Shown one piece after another: positions 11,137 to 20,903 of a stretch of 64,000 bases of DNA. The notes beneath the pieces are model-generated. The model searched no databases and had not been told where the DNA came from. It worked only from the letters and a program-made list of their open reading frames with translations. A program made the translations under genes and the position numbers. Source of the stretch: Candidatus Cloacimonadales bacterium (lineage in GTDB: Bacteria > Cloacimonadota > Cloacimonadia > Cloacimonadales > JAIOQZ01); contig CAXXTU010000002.1 of NCBI GenBank assembly GCA_963662655.2, forward strand, positions 2,880,001 through 2,944,000, given 5' to 3'. Numbering within the stretch: the first letter of the stretch is position 1; each line of letters starts with the position of its first letter.

Positions 11137-12630
11137 ATGATAAATATGATGATATTGGGAGATAAGAAGACCAAGTCGCTCAAGATACTGCGCAGGATTA
11201 TCGTTAAACCGCATCGTATCGAGCTGCGTATCGTCGATTATCGCGTCTCTTCGTATCTCATGTATCTGGATAACGATTCGATCATGATTTCCGAGTTCGA
11301 GCCCAAGATGTACAACAATCTTCTGGAGCACTTTTCGGAATTCACCATGTACCTTTCGGAACTCGACGGCTTCAAGCAGTACGACTACACATTCAAGACG
11401 GAGCTCCTGGAAGAAACCACCTACAAGGATACCAAAGCCTACCGCCTGACGGTTCCCGAACTGGTTCGAACGAAATCGTCGGATTATGTGATCAAGCCGC
11501 TGCTCGCGGACAATGTGGCCGTTCGTTTCAAGCTGAAGGACTTGCCGCAATTCAGAAGGGTCGAGGAGATCAACGAATCGCAGATGATCATCACGGGGAA
11601 CTACGACCTTTTCCGCACGGAGTACGGTAAAGAAATCCATGGCCTCGAGCTGAAGTTGCCTTTCGAGAGAATCACGTTTGCTGCGAAATTCAAGCACCTG
11701 AAGGGTGAAAAATACGCCTTCGAAGGCTATATGGAAGATAACGAAATGCGCAGCCTGATGTTCAAGTACGCGGATACGGATTTCTCGGAGAAGAACAACC
11801 TTTCGCATTACGATTTCCACAAGAAGGCCGAGGAAACTCAGATCGAGGAGATCGAAGGCCGTGAGAGAAAAGTGGTTCTCCTCGTGGACGACAAGCCCGT
11901 CGTGACGGACATCATGAAGGAAATGCTCGAGGCGAAAACGAATTACGATGTCGTTGTCACCAACGATAGTACGAAAACGATCGAGATGGTCATCGAGTAT
12001 GAGCCGGATGTGATCCTTCTCGACCAGATCATGCCCGGGATGAGTGGACTGGAAGTGGCCACATTGCTCAAAGAGAAGCGCATCACGTCCCGCATTCCCA
12101 TCCTGTTCATGACGGCATTCAACGATAGTAAGGTGGTCAAACAGGCTACGGATTTGGGGATCGTTGGCTATTTGCTCAAGCCGGTCGATTCGAAGAAGCT
12201 GATCGAGAAGCTCCAGGATGTGATGGGCAAGACGACGAAGAAGTCGATCAACCTTGTGAATAGCGTCGTCTATATCTGCTCGGACGACGAAAAATATAGC
12301 GCTGGTCTGCAAAGTGTATTCCGGAGCAGGAAAATAGAGTGCAGGCACTTCCGCTCGCTGGAGGACATGATCCGCTTCAAGGAAGAAAAAGAAGTGAGTG
12401 TGATTGTTATTCGCATGACGACTCACAGCGGTATGTCCCTCTCGATCGTGAATACCACGCGCAGGCGCAAGCAGCTTCACGACACCTATATCATCGTTTA
12501 TCCGCAAAAAGAATCAGAACTGAAATTGCTCAAGGCATTGAAGGACCCACGTCTTGTCACATTGAATACGGCCGTGGACGCCGAGATGCTGGGCGGCAAT
12601 CTCGAGAAATACTTAGGAGTGTTATCATGA
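11137..12630 (+). CDS. Orphan response regulator with central REC domain and uncharacterised N- and C-terminal domains
   Basis: VLLVDD...PDVILLDQIMPGMSG...FMTA...GYLLKP at about residues 245-360. Confidence 0.82.
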   Translation: MINMMILGDKKTKSLKILRRIIVKPHRIELRIVDYRVSSYLMYLDNDSIMISEFEPKMYNNLLEHFSEFTMYLSELDGFKQYDYTFKTELLEETTYKDTKAYRLTVPELVRTKSSDYVIKPLLADNVAVRFKLKDLPQFRRVEEINESQMIITGNYDLFRTEYGKEIHGLELKLPFERITFAAKFKHLKGEKYAFEGYMEDNEMRSLMFKYADTDFSEKNNLSHYDFHKKAEETQIEEIEGRERKVVLLVDDKPVVTDIMKEMLEAKTNYDVVVTNDSTKTIEMVIEYEPDVILLDQIMPGMSGLEVATLLKEKRITSRIPILFMTAFNDSKVVKQATDLGIVGYLLKPVDSKKLIEKLQDVMGKTTKKSINLVNSVVYICSDDEKYSAGLQSVFRSRKIECRHFRSLEDMIRFKEEKEVSVIVIRMTTHSGMSLSIVNTTRRRKQLHDTYIIVYPQKESELKLLKALKDPRLVTLNTAVDAEMLGGNLEKYLGVLS

Positions 12631-13226
12631 GAGGGTATGTACTAATCGTTGCAATCGCGTTGATCCTGATGGGGTGTGAGAGTTCGGGGGATCTGCGCAT
12701 CAACAACAGAACCAGCCACAACGTATACTTCACCGTAAACGGGTCCGATTACACCGTTGAGGGCGGTCAATCCAAGAGTGTGGAGCTCGATGTTGATCGG
12801 GACTGGCAAATTTTCGAGACCAATTCCAAGCAATATTCGCTCGATCTTGAAGGCGAGACGTACAAGATTTGGGACAGCTACAACGGCATGTATATAAACC
12901 ATACCGATGTGGATATCGAGAACGGCAAGACCCTAGATGTCTATGCGATCCCCAATCTGGCCTGCATCAAAATCGTGAACAACGGTGACCTCGATATCGC
13001 TCGTGTTGCCTGCGATAAATACATCAACGGCAACATGGACCATCCCAATCTGGTTCTCACCAATACCGCGATCGAGCCCGGCTCGACTTGGTATCTTCAG
13101 ATCGAAGGAGCTTATACGGGGCGTGAGATTGCTTATGTGTTCTATGTGACTTTCGCCGATGGCGCAAGGATGGAATACCCGCTCATGATTCTCGACGTGG
13201 ATGAAATGTTTCTTCTGGAGCTGTAG
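12627..13226 (+). CDS. Hypothetical lipoprotein
   Basis: ATG 12627 overlaps the upstream stop; AGGAG RBS; lipobox LMGC; beta-rich. Confidence 0.72.
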   Translation: MRGYVLIVAIALILMGCESSGDLRINNRTSHNVYFTVNGSDYTVEGGQSKSVELDVDRDWQIFETNSKQYSLDLEGETYKIWDSYNGMYINHTDVDIENGKTLDVYAIPNLACIKIVNNGDLDIARVACDKYINGNMDHPNLVLTNTAIEPGSTWYLQIEGAYTGREIAYVFYVTFADGARMEYPLMILDVDEMFLLEL

Positions 13227-13230
13227 AGAA

Positions 13231-13572
13231 TCAGGAGAGCTTCTTCAATAGCTGCTTGAGATCCTTGAGTTCCCGGATGACGTTTTGCTTGACGGCGCTA
13301 CGATCGTCGGCGAAGAAAATCTCCTTCTGAACGGGTTCGCTGGCCTCTTTTGCAAGCCTTTTCTTCGCGCCTTCAATGGTATACTTCTGATTGTGAAGCA
13401 TGTCCTTGATGCGCGTGATGAGATCGATATCGGAGCGTGTGTATTTGCGGTTGCCGCCACGGGTCTTGTTGGGGCGCAGTTGCCGGAACTCGGTCTCCCA
13501 GTAACGGATCACGTGGGGTTTGAGATCAAGGAGATTGCTGACCTCGCCAATCGTGTAGTAGTACTTTTTCAT
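13231..13572 (-). CDS. MerR family transcriptional regulator
   Basis: YYTIGEVS...PHVIRYWETEF..LRP.KTRGGNRKY...YTIEGAKK. Confidence 0.92.
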   Translation of the reverse strand: MKKYYYTIGEVSNLLDLKPHVIRYWETEFRQLRPNKTRGGNRKYTRSDIDLITRIKDMLHNQKYTIEGAKKRLAKEASEPVQKEIFFADDRSAVKQNVIRELKDLKQLLKKLS

Positions 13573-13573
13573 A

Positions 13574-15148
13574 TCACAAATCTTTATGTAATGCCTTGTA
13601 ATCGGACAGTGTTAGGTTCCTTGTAAGTGCGACGAGCCCCAAAAACAGTCCCAGCGCGCCCAAAATCGGTGGAAGGAGATACATCCACCGGCAGTAGGGA
13701 GAACGTCCCTCATACAGCGATACCGGAGCTTCGAGCATTCCCTTCTTGTATAAACCCAGCCTGCTGGAGATTCTTCCTGTGGGCTGCACGATCATGGATA
13801 TCCCCGAGTTGGCGGCGCGGAATATCTGCCTGCGGGTTTCGATGGCGCGGAATTTCGCCATCATCGCGTGCTGATAGGTTCCCACCGTGTGCCCGAACCA
13901 TCCGTCGTTTGTCAGATTCACGATGAATTGCCCACCCCCTTGCGAGATATCGCACGTGAGATGGGGCAGGGCGATCTCAAAACAAATCAGCGGCGAATAA
14001 TCGATCCCGTCAACAGAATAATGACCGGTGCTGTCCCCAGGCTGGAAATTCGCCTGGCCCAACTGTATCGACCACAGAAAGGGGAAGGTCTTCAGCCAGG
14101 GAGTTCGTTCGCCGAACGGAACCAGCGCTCGTTTATGATAGGGCGGATCATGCATGCCGTTCGGTTTGAACTGCGTGCAGGAATTGAAGTAGTTGTATTC
14201 CTCGTGCGAGCCTTGCGGGGCTTTTTCCAGATAAGGAAATCCCGTGAAGATCGACGCATCCAGTTCGTTACACAGGTTTTGAACCGGGTTGAACCTCCGG
14301 GGCGAGGAGAGAAGATAGAGTGGAATTCCCGATTCGGGGTAAAGGATCAAATCGGCGCTGTCCTGATGCGCTTCCCGGGTCATGTCCTCGTAAATGGAGA
14401 GCGTGCTGTCCAGGTAAGCGCGATTCCACTTGAGCTCCTGGGGAATGTTCGGCTGAAGCACGGCCACCCTGGTGTCGGTTTCTCGGGTGGGAAGCCCGTA
14501 CAGTCTGATTCCGCCGTACACAAGCCAGATCAGCATCAGAATCGAGAGTAGCGTCATATATTTTTCCGGACGCCGGTAGCTTTTGAACAGCATCCAGTTG
14601 ACTGCGATAATCAGGATCGATACGAGATAAACGCCGCCGAGTTCCGCAACTTGCAGCAGGATGGTGTATTCCGATAGGGCGTAACCGAGGTTGTGCCACG
14701 GGAAATGGAAATCGCCATAATTCTGGATCCACTCGAAGCCGACCCACAGTCCCATGACTGCAAGCAGACGAAAACCGCGTGCGCCTTTCCACGCTGCATC
14801 AATCAGGCCGAAAAGAATGTAGAAGTAGAGCGAGAAAAGGAAGGCGATTCCAACAAACATCCCGATGCCCACGGGAATTTCCGACCACTTGGGGACGGAG
14901 GCGTGCTGCGCGGTAAAAGCCACCCAGTGCAGGGCGATAAAGGTATAGATCAGCGAGAACCAGATGCTCGCCGGAAGAATTTTCGCATGGCTCCGGGAGC
15001 GATTCTCGAAGAATGTGAACAGAGGGATGAGCGCAAAGAAGGCAAGAAATCCGAGGTGCCAGTTCAGGCGCGAAACGCCCAGCAGAAGCGCTGAGAGGAG
15101 CGGTTCCTGATACCTTTGCAGGAGATCACGGGTTCGGCTGCCTGTCAT
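13574..15148 (-). CDS. lnt: Apolipoprotein N-acyltransferase
   Basis: TM helices, FPW.NLGY, QPNI, YPES, YHKRALVPFGE, ICFE, TNDGWF, RAIE. Confidence 0.95.
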   Translation of the reverse strand: MTGSRTRDLLQRYQEPLLSALLLGVSRLNWHLGFLAFFALIPLFTFFENRSRSHAKILPASIWFSLIYTFIALHWVAFTAQHASVPKWSEIPVGIGMFVGIAFLFSLYFYILFGLIDAAWKGARGFRLLAVMGLWVGFEWIQNYGDFHFPWHNLGYALSEYTILLQVAELGGVYLVSILIIAVNWMLFKSYRRPEKYMTLLSILMLIWLVYGGIRLYGLPTRETDTRVAVLQPNIPQELKWNRAYLDSTLSIYEDMTREAHQDSADLILYPESGIPLYLLSSPRRFNPVQNLCNELDASIFTGFPYLEKAPQGSHEEYNYFNSCTQFKPNGMHDPPYHKRALVPFGERTPWLKTFPFLWSIQLGQANFQPGDSTGHYSVDGIDYSPLICFEIALPHLTCDISQGGGQFIVNLTNDGWFGHTVGTYQHAMMAKFRAIETRRQIFRAANSGISMIVQPTGRISSRLGLYKKGMLEAPVSLYEGRSPYCRWMYLLPPILGALGLFLGLVALTRNLTLSDYKALHKDL

Positions 15149-15956
15149 ACCTGGACTCGTATAAAATGATTTGGCGGTTGCTCACCACGATGAAATAACC
15201 GGATTCAATGAAGAATCGTTTGATGCCCGTCAGGCCGATAGCCAGCTTCTGGCCGGTGGACGTTTGCTCGATGGCGTAGGCGTCTTTGCGGAATTGCTGA
15301 TTGAAGCGGTCGAGCTGGATAAACCCCGGCGCGTCCTCGATGTGCTGCCCCATCGCGTTGTAAATCACGGTAGCGTCTTCCGCTTCGTCGTACACCCAAA
15401 CGTAATCGCGGTTGCAGGTGACACGCTGGGGTTTGGTAAGCTGGAACTTACCGAAGGCGAAGTGCTCCTCCTCCTGCGAATTGCGGATGATGGTGACGTC
15501 CTTGCTGAAGTTGTCGTAGATATAGAATTCCTCGTTGTCGTTGACGTCGAACCGTGTGGGTTCCTTGAGGAAGTTCAGATCGTAATTCGCGATCCAGCCG
15601 CCGTCTTTGTCGAACTTCTTGATCTTCCTGCTGAAGCTGTCCAGCGCGAGAAGCTTCCCGTCGGGCGCGAGGGTGATATCTTCCAGCCGGTTGAAATTGG
15701 ATTTATCGAATCCGAGTCGGCCAATGATATTGATCTCCTTGCCATCCCGGTAGATGTGGATCGTATTGTCGTTCTCGGGCATGATGTAAAGGGTTTTGGA
15801 TATCGTATCGAAGCAGCATTTCCGGATATCGTTCGGGAAATCGATTTTCTGCGATTCCTCGAGCGTCACGGGGATGACAACCGTTCGATCCTGCAGCCAG
15901 GAGCAGCCGGAGATCAGCGCCGCGATCAAGATGATCCAGTTAATGCTTCTGAACAA
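15126..15956 (-). CDS. NHL-repeat / 6-bladed beta-propeller lipoprotein
   Basis: Lipobox ISGC; NHL-like repeat FNRLEDITLAPDGKLLALDSFSRKIKKFDKDG. Confidence 0.72.
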   Translation of the reverse strand: MFRSINWIILIAALISGCSWLQDRTVVIPVTLEESQKIDFPNDIRKCCFDTISKTLYIMPENDNTIHIYRDGKEINIIGRLGFDKSNFNRLEDITLAPDGKLLALDSFSRKIKKFDKDGGWIANYDLNFLKEPTRFDVNDNEEFYIYDNFSKDVTIIRNSQEEEHFAFGKFQLTKPQRVTCNRDYVWVYDEAEDATVIYNAMGQHIEDAPGFIQLDRFNQQFRKDAYAIEQTSTGQKLAIGLTGIKRFFIESGYFIVVSNRQIILYESRYDRQPNP

Positions 15957-17664
15957 AGTGGATATCCTTCAATTTACCCTGAATTGTGGTCTTATCCTGC
16001 CAGGTGTTCCACTCCAGCGAGTACGCGATATCGATGTTGATATTCTTGCGCAGGAACGGAAGCAGATTTCCCATGTTGAAGCCGATCAGATCCAGGACGC
16101 ATCCGTCCTTCTTTACCTTCATCTTCAGGTGATTTCGTCCCACCAGATATGGATAGCCAACAACCATCACGTTGCGTGTAAAGAAGATGGGGCGCATGTT
16201 GCCCGGACCGAACGGAGCGAATTTCTCCAGCCATTCGATCAGGTTGTCGTTGATTTCATACAGCTCGAGCTTGTATTCGACCTTAAGCGGTGGAATCAAC
16301 TGCTCGGGGGTGGTGTTCTCCTTCACGTAAGCGTCCAGTCTTTGCTCGAACTGCTCGAGGTATTCGGGCAGGATCGAGAGTCCGGCAGCGTACTTGTGGC
16401 CGCCGAAGCTTTCGAGAACGTCCTCCACGTTGGAGAGGGCCTCGAAGAGGTCGAATTCGGAGATGCTACGTCCCGACCCGCTTCCGACGCCGTCGGTCAG
16501 GGCGATCATGATCGTGGGACGATAATATTTTTCCACCAGCTTGGAGGCGACGATTCCGATAACGCCCGGATGCCAGTTTTCCGATGATATCACGATGCAG
16601 TGCACGTTGTTCATATTGGCGTACTTGCGCTCGATGATTTCGCAGGCTTCGTGAAATGTTTGCTGATCGACTTCCTGCCGGAGGGAGTTCTCCTTCTCGA
16701 TGGTTCGCGCCAGTTCTTCGCTCTGCTCGCGACGCTCGGAAATGAGCAGCTCCACCGCTCGCATCGCGCTTCCCATTCTTCCGGCTGCGTTGATGCGCGG
16801 GGCGAGGCCGAACACGATATCGGTGGTGTTGAGCTCCTTGTTGATGAGCCCGGAGATATTGATCAAGGCGGTAAGCCCGAGGTTTCTTTTACGGATGAGA
16901 TGCTTGAGTCCGACGCTGGCGAAGATACGGTTTTCTCCCGTAAGCGGCACGATATCGGCGATGGTTCCCACGGCCACCAGGTCCAGGAATCGCATGACAT
17001 TGTCTTCCGTGGCGACGTCCATCACCTGATAGACGGCCATCATCAGCTTGTACGCCGCGCCCACCCCAGCCAGATCGTGGTAGGGGTACCCGCAGTTTTC
17101 CATCTTCGCGTTGATTACTGCCAGGGCTTCGGGCAGGATGTCCTTGGGGTTATGGTGGTCGGTGACGATCAGCTCCATGCCCAGACGGGTGATTTCATCC
17201 ACTTCCTCCACGGCGTTGATACCGCAGTCGACCGTAACGATGAGGGAGGTTCCTTCGTCGCGAAGTTGCTGGACGCCGTTGAGGGACAGGCCGTAGCCGT
17301 CGATCATCCGGTGGGGGATATAGTAGTTGACGATCGCGCCGACACGTTTGAGCCCAAGGTACAGCAGGGCTGTTGCCGTGGTACCGTCGACATCGTAATC
17401 GCCGTAGATGGTGATTTTTTCCTGGTTTTCAACCGCCAGCTTGATTCGCTCCGCAGCCTTTCGCATGTCGTTGAACATGAACGGGTCGTGCGTGAAATCC
17501 ATGACTGGGTTGAAGAATTTGTTGATTTCGTCGATATCGGTAATCCCCTTTCGGATGAGGATCTCTGCAATGATATCGGGAGCGTGAATCGCGTCAGCGA
17601 TCTCTTTTTTCAATTCAAGCTGTTCACTTGTTAAATCTTGAGCATGATGCCATCTCTTTTCCAT
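15940..17664 (-). CDS. recJ: Single-stranded-DNA-specific exonuclease RecJ
   Basis: YGDYDVDG, TVDCG, TDHH, GTIADIVPL, PRINAAGR, FGGH.AAG, PFGPGN. Confidence 0.97.
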   Translation of the reverse strand: MEKRWHHAQDLTSEQLELKKEIADAIHAPDIIAEILIRKGITDIDEINKFFNPVMDFTHDPFMFNDMRKAAERIKLAVENQEKITIYGDYDVDGTTATALLYLGLKRVGAIVNYYIPHRMIDGYGLSLNGVQQLRDEGTSLIVTVDCGINAVEEVDEITRLGMELIVTDHHNPKDILPEALAVINAKMENCGYPYHDLAGVGAAYKLMMAVYQVMDVATEDNVMRFLDLVAVGTIADIVPLTGENRIFASVGLKHLIRKRNLGLTALINISGLINKELNTTDIVFGLAPRINAAGRMGSAMRAVELLISERREQSEELARTIEKENSLRQEVDQQTFHEACEIIERKYANMNNVHCIVISSENWHPGVIGIVASKLVEKYYRPTIMIALTDGVGSGSGRSISEFDLFEALSNVEDVLESFGGHKYAAGLSILPEYLEQFEQRLDAYVKENTTPEQLIPPLKVEYKLELYEINDNLIEWLEKFAPFGPGNMRPIFFTRNVMVVGYPYLVGRNHLKMKVKKDGCVLDLIGFNMGNLLPFLRKNINIDIAYSLEWNTWQDKTTIQGKLKDIHFVQKH

Positions 17665-17737
17665 AATAACCTATTTTTATTTTTTTATATTTTCTAATAA
17701 TAAAAGGGAGACCCCGGCACTGCCATAAATAATATTC

Positions 17738-18180
17738 GTCGGAGAAGATGATAAGCCGAATTCTGTCCACCGCCTAACAAGCCGTGTAATGTCTATTTAT
17801 CTTGACCGGGTATTGCTACTCCCAAAGGGGATCGCCAAGCGACCGGTTCATGCTGCCTACCCGGGAATCAGGCGGATCGGGCAAATCCGCGTACCGCAAG
17901 CGGCACTCTTCCCCTATTCGGCATTGCACCGGATAAGGCATTCCTGGCATTCCAACTCACGCCGGAATCCGGTAGTCTCTTACACTACCATTTCACCCTT
18001 ACCCGGCACAAAGAAGCGCCCCGATCAAAGTGAAGTCGATTGGACGCTTGTTCGTGCCGGGCGGTTTATTTTCTGTGGAGCTGCTCTTCGTCACCGAAGC
18101 TTCCCGTTAGGAAGTATCCTGCCCTGTGGTGTTCGGACTTTCCTCTCCTTTGCAGGAGCAGACATTTTTTCTTCTCCGAC
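17738..18180 (-). ncRNA. rnpB: RNase P RNA (bacterial, probably type A)
   Basis: Minus strand has GAGGAAAGTCCGAACAC near the 5' end and ACAGAATTCGGCTTA near the 3' end; ends GTCGGAGAAGA / TCTTCTCCGAC form P1; lies downstream of a C4 zinc-ribbon gene as in many bacteria. Confidence 0.95.
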
Positions 18181-18377
18181 ACAATTAGGTAAAACACAAA
18201 TTTTCCGCTGGAAACTGTAAATAATATAATGCGCAGCGGAAATCAATCATGGATGTTCACGTCCGACGAGAGCTGAGCATCCACGGTTTCAATATATGGA
18301 TATCAAGTATCTTCTCTGAAAACAACTTCCGCCTCTTCAGATATTCCAGTTCATGGGCTATCAAAGCGGAAATTGTA

Positions 18378-19094
18378 TTACTGGAAATTTTCCGGTTTAC
18401 GAACGACGAGCCGGCCACAGCTTTCGCAGCTCACGACCTTGTCTCCCCGCTCGATTTCAATGACAAGCTGAGGTCTGATTTTAAAACCACAACCACCGCA
18501 GGCATTTTTTTCGAGAAACACAACAGCTTTGCGATCCTTGGCCTTGATCAGATTCACATAGCGCTTAACGAGAGTCCGCGGTAATTGCTTGGCAAGTTCA
18601 CTTCTCTCATTCTTGCGCTCCTCGATTTCAGCGTCAAGCTCATTAATTCTTTTTTTCAGGCGATCTTCATTTTTACCGAGTTCGCCCTTCGCTTTTTTAA
18701 CGTCTTCCTCGGCTTCGACAACCTCTTCTTTGAGCTTGTTCTCGATTTCCATCAGTTCCAGAATCTGATCGTCGATTTCGCTGTTTTTCTCTTTGAGGTG
18801 GTTGATTTCACTGTTGAGAGCCTTGTATTCTTTATTGTTCTTGATGGCGAGTAGCTGATTGGCATACTTGTCCATCGTTTTCTTGTTGGTCTGGATATCC
18901 ACGTCTTTCAGCTTTTGCGTTTTCTTGTTCTCGTTGAGGCGGTCTTTGGCTGCCGTCAAGTCGTCTTCTGCATTCTGGACGCTTTCAATAAGGTTCTTCA
19001 GTTCTGCAGGCAAATCTTCTTTTAATACTTCTCTCGTACCGATTTCGGCATCCAATTCCTGCATGGCTAATAATACTTTCAATTGATCTATCAT
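18378..19094 (-). CDS. Coiled-coil protein with C4-type zinc ribbon (DUF164 / CT398-like)
   Basis: Long coiled coil with KNNKEYKAL..EI; C-terminal CGGC...CESCGR. Confidence 0.9.
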   Translation of the reverse strand: MIDQLKVLLAMQELDAEIGTREVLKEDLPAELKNLIESVQNAEDDLTAAKDRLNENKKTQKLKDVDIQTNKKTMDKYANQLLAIKNNKEYKALNSEINHLKEKNSEIDDQILELMEIENKLKEEVVEAEEDVKKAKGELGKNEDRLKKRINELDAEIEERKNERSELAKQLPRTLVKRYVNLIKAKDRKAVVFLEKNACGGCGFKIRPQLVIEIERGDKVVSCESCGRLVVRKPENFQ

Positions 19095-19097
19095 TGC

Positions 19098-19919
19098 TCA
19101 CTCCTTAAATAACATGCTAATGTCCAACGACGAATACGAATGGGTCATTTTACCCGCCGAAATGAAATCGACGCCGGTGGCGGCGATTTTCTGCACGGTA
19201 TCGAGGCTGACGTTCCCGGAGGCTTCGAGCTCGATTTTTCCGCCGTATTTCTTCACCGCTTTTTTCATGTTCGGGATGCTCATGTTATCCAGCATAACAC
19301 GATCGACGCCGCACTCGAAGGCTTCGTCGAGTTCTTTCAGGTTGGTAACCTCTACTTCGATTTTGTAGGAAACTACCCGTGTTCGTATTTGATTGACCGC
19401 TTTGGTGATCGATCCTGCCGCCCGAATGTGATTCTCTTTCAGCATCACCATGTCGTATAGGCCGAAGCGGTGGTTGAAGCCTCCGCCGACCCGGACAGCG
19501 TACTTCTCGAGTTCTCGCAGGAGCGGTGTGGTTTTTCTGGTGTCGAGCAAACGGGCTTCGTGGGGTTTGATCGCTTCGACGAACAGGTGCGTGAGGCTCG
19601 CGATTCCACTCATCCTTTGCAGGAGGTTCAAGGCGAGGCGCTCGGCTTGCAAGAGCTTTGCAGCGTTTCCGGATATCCTGGCGATCTCGTCGTTCTTCTT
19701 CAGGCAGTCGCCGTCGCGGTAGTAGGCGATGCAGTTGCACTCGGGATCGAGTCGTTTGAAGACGGAGAAAGCGATATCGAGTCCGGCAAGGACGCCCTCT
19801 TCCTTTGCGATCAGGGACGCCTCAGCGCTTTTATGCCCGAAATCCAGCCCTTCCGTCGTGATATCGCCGTGTCCGATATCTTCTTCCAGCGCCAGTTTGA
19901 TTATCTCATCGACGTTCAA
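19098..19919 (-). CDS. nadC: Carboxylating nicotinate-nucleotide diphosphorylase (quinolinate phosphoribosyltransferase)
   Basis: ALEED...GDIT, ERLALN, DTRKTTP, NHRFGL, KENH, MLDNM, EASG; start taken as TTG 19919. Confidence 0.95.
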   Translation of the reverse strand: MNVDEIIKLALEEDIGHGDITTEGLDFGHKSAEASLIAKEEGVLAGLDIAFSVFKRLDPECNCIAYYRDGDCLKKNDEIARISGNAAKLLQAERLALNLLQRMSGIASLTHLFVEAIKPHEARLLDTRKTTPLLRELEKYAVRVGGGFNHRFGLYDMVMLKENHIRAAGSITKAVNQIRTRVVSYKIEVEVTNLKELDEAFECGVDRVMLDNMSIPNMKKAVKKYGGKIELEASGNVSLDTVQKIAATGVDFISAGKMTHSYSSLDISMLFKE

Positions 19920-20139
19920 AATACCCCCAAAAAACAAAAAAAGCATTTGTCAGCTAAAAGACAAATGCTTGCTTTATATAAATCATTCTGTTGACTATTC
20001 TTCAAATATCGCATGGGTTTCCATCTCCCTGTTTATCAGGAAAATTATTGCCAGCATATTTGTCAAATAGAATCTTCATCGTTTCCATACATTATCGATT
20101 CTTACGAAATGCTGCTGAGTATAGAGATTTCCCCACCGT

Positions 20140-20433
20140 CTAGCCGATGTCCATCATATTGTCGAAACCCGCGACTTCGAACACCTTTTTGACGTTGTCC
20201 GTCGTGTTGATGATGCGGAACGATTTCGTGTTCAGGTTCTTCGCGGTTTCCAGGCAAATTCGCAGAAACAGCGAGCAGATGTAATCGACTTCCGTCATAT
20301 CGAAAATGATGTTGCCTTCGAATGTGTCGAGGATGTTTTTGAAGTCGGGTTGCCACCTGGTGCAGGTAAGTGTGTCCTGGCGGCCGGTGAACGCGCAGGT
20401 GAGGATACCGTTTTCTATGGTGTGGTTGAACAT
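20140..20433 (-). CDS. STAS domain protein / anti-sigma factor antagonist
   Basis: AAGGAG RBS; FTGRQDT...IIFDMTEVDYICSLFLR...VKKVFEVAGF; 97 aa. Confidence 0.82.
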   Translation of the reverse strand: MFNHTIENGILTCAFTGRQDTLTCTRWQPDFKNILDTFEGNIIFDMTEVDYICSLFLRICLETAKNLNTKSFRIINTTDNVKKVFEVAGFDNMMDIG

Positions 20434-20539
20434 GTTGGTCTCCTTGTGTATTCGATGGTCAGATTGTAGTTCACGTGTCTGTGCAGTCAAGATGAAAGGG
20501 GAGCGGGGGACGTTGCTCGAAGTTTGCTCATCCGACTCA

Positions 20540-20652
20540 GCGGCGGGGCGGCTTGTGTGCTCCGCACACAGAGCGCTACAAAAGTTGTTGTCGGTAAAGA
20601 ACAACTTTTGTAGCGTTCCGGGAAGCGAAAGCTTCCCAAGCCGCCCCGCCGC
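20540..20652. repeat. Four-way-junction palindromic intergenic element, copy 1
   Basis: Outer stem GCGGCGGGGCGGCTTG/CAAGCCGCCCCGCCGC encloses TGTGTGC-TCC-GCACACA, CGCTACAAAAGTTGTT..AACAACTTTTGTAGCG and GGGAAGC-GAAA-GCTTCCC. Confidence 0.8.
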
Positions 20653-20696
20653 GGGAATGGCACTGGCAAAGGAGTGCTAAGCGGGATTCTGGAAAT

Positions 20697-20725
20697 AAAA
20701 AAAGGGCGGTTTGTCGCCGCCCTTT
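20697..20725 (-). terminator. Intrinsic terminator
   Basis: AAAGGGCGG/CCGCCCTTT stem followed by a T-run on the minus strand. Confidence 0.75.
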
Positions 20726-20903
20726 GGGGGGAATTGCCTGCAGTCCAGTGCGTTTGAACCGGGCAATCATATGAACCCTCCACGCGTCTACCCTATCCTC
20801 CCCGACTGTCACGTCGGACATCTTTTGCGCGTTTCTTCTTATGTACCCCACATAATTCACTACTATTGCATCACCATTTCAGATGATCTTGTGACTCGCG
20901 TCA

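Noticed and set aside
10900..12507. 535-aa minus-strand ORF (also 555-1604, 33108-34301, 16600-17634, 25671-26702 and similar)
   Set aside because: Antisense shadows of well-supported genes, with no motifs; expected from codon bias.
17789..18220. 143-aa plus-strand ORF
   Set aside because: Antisense to the RNase P RNA gene; no protein features.
20434..20604. N-terminal extension of the STAS ORF, and ORFs over the palindromic elements (e.g. 42897-43186, 62902-63369)
   Set aside because: They run through GC-rich palindromes; a proper RBS precedes ATG 20433.
20540..20652. Cloverleaf elements considered as tRNA or tRNA-Sec genes
   Set aside because: No T-loop GTTCRA, D-loop GG or CCA end; stems are far too long.
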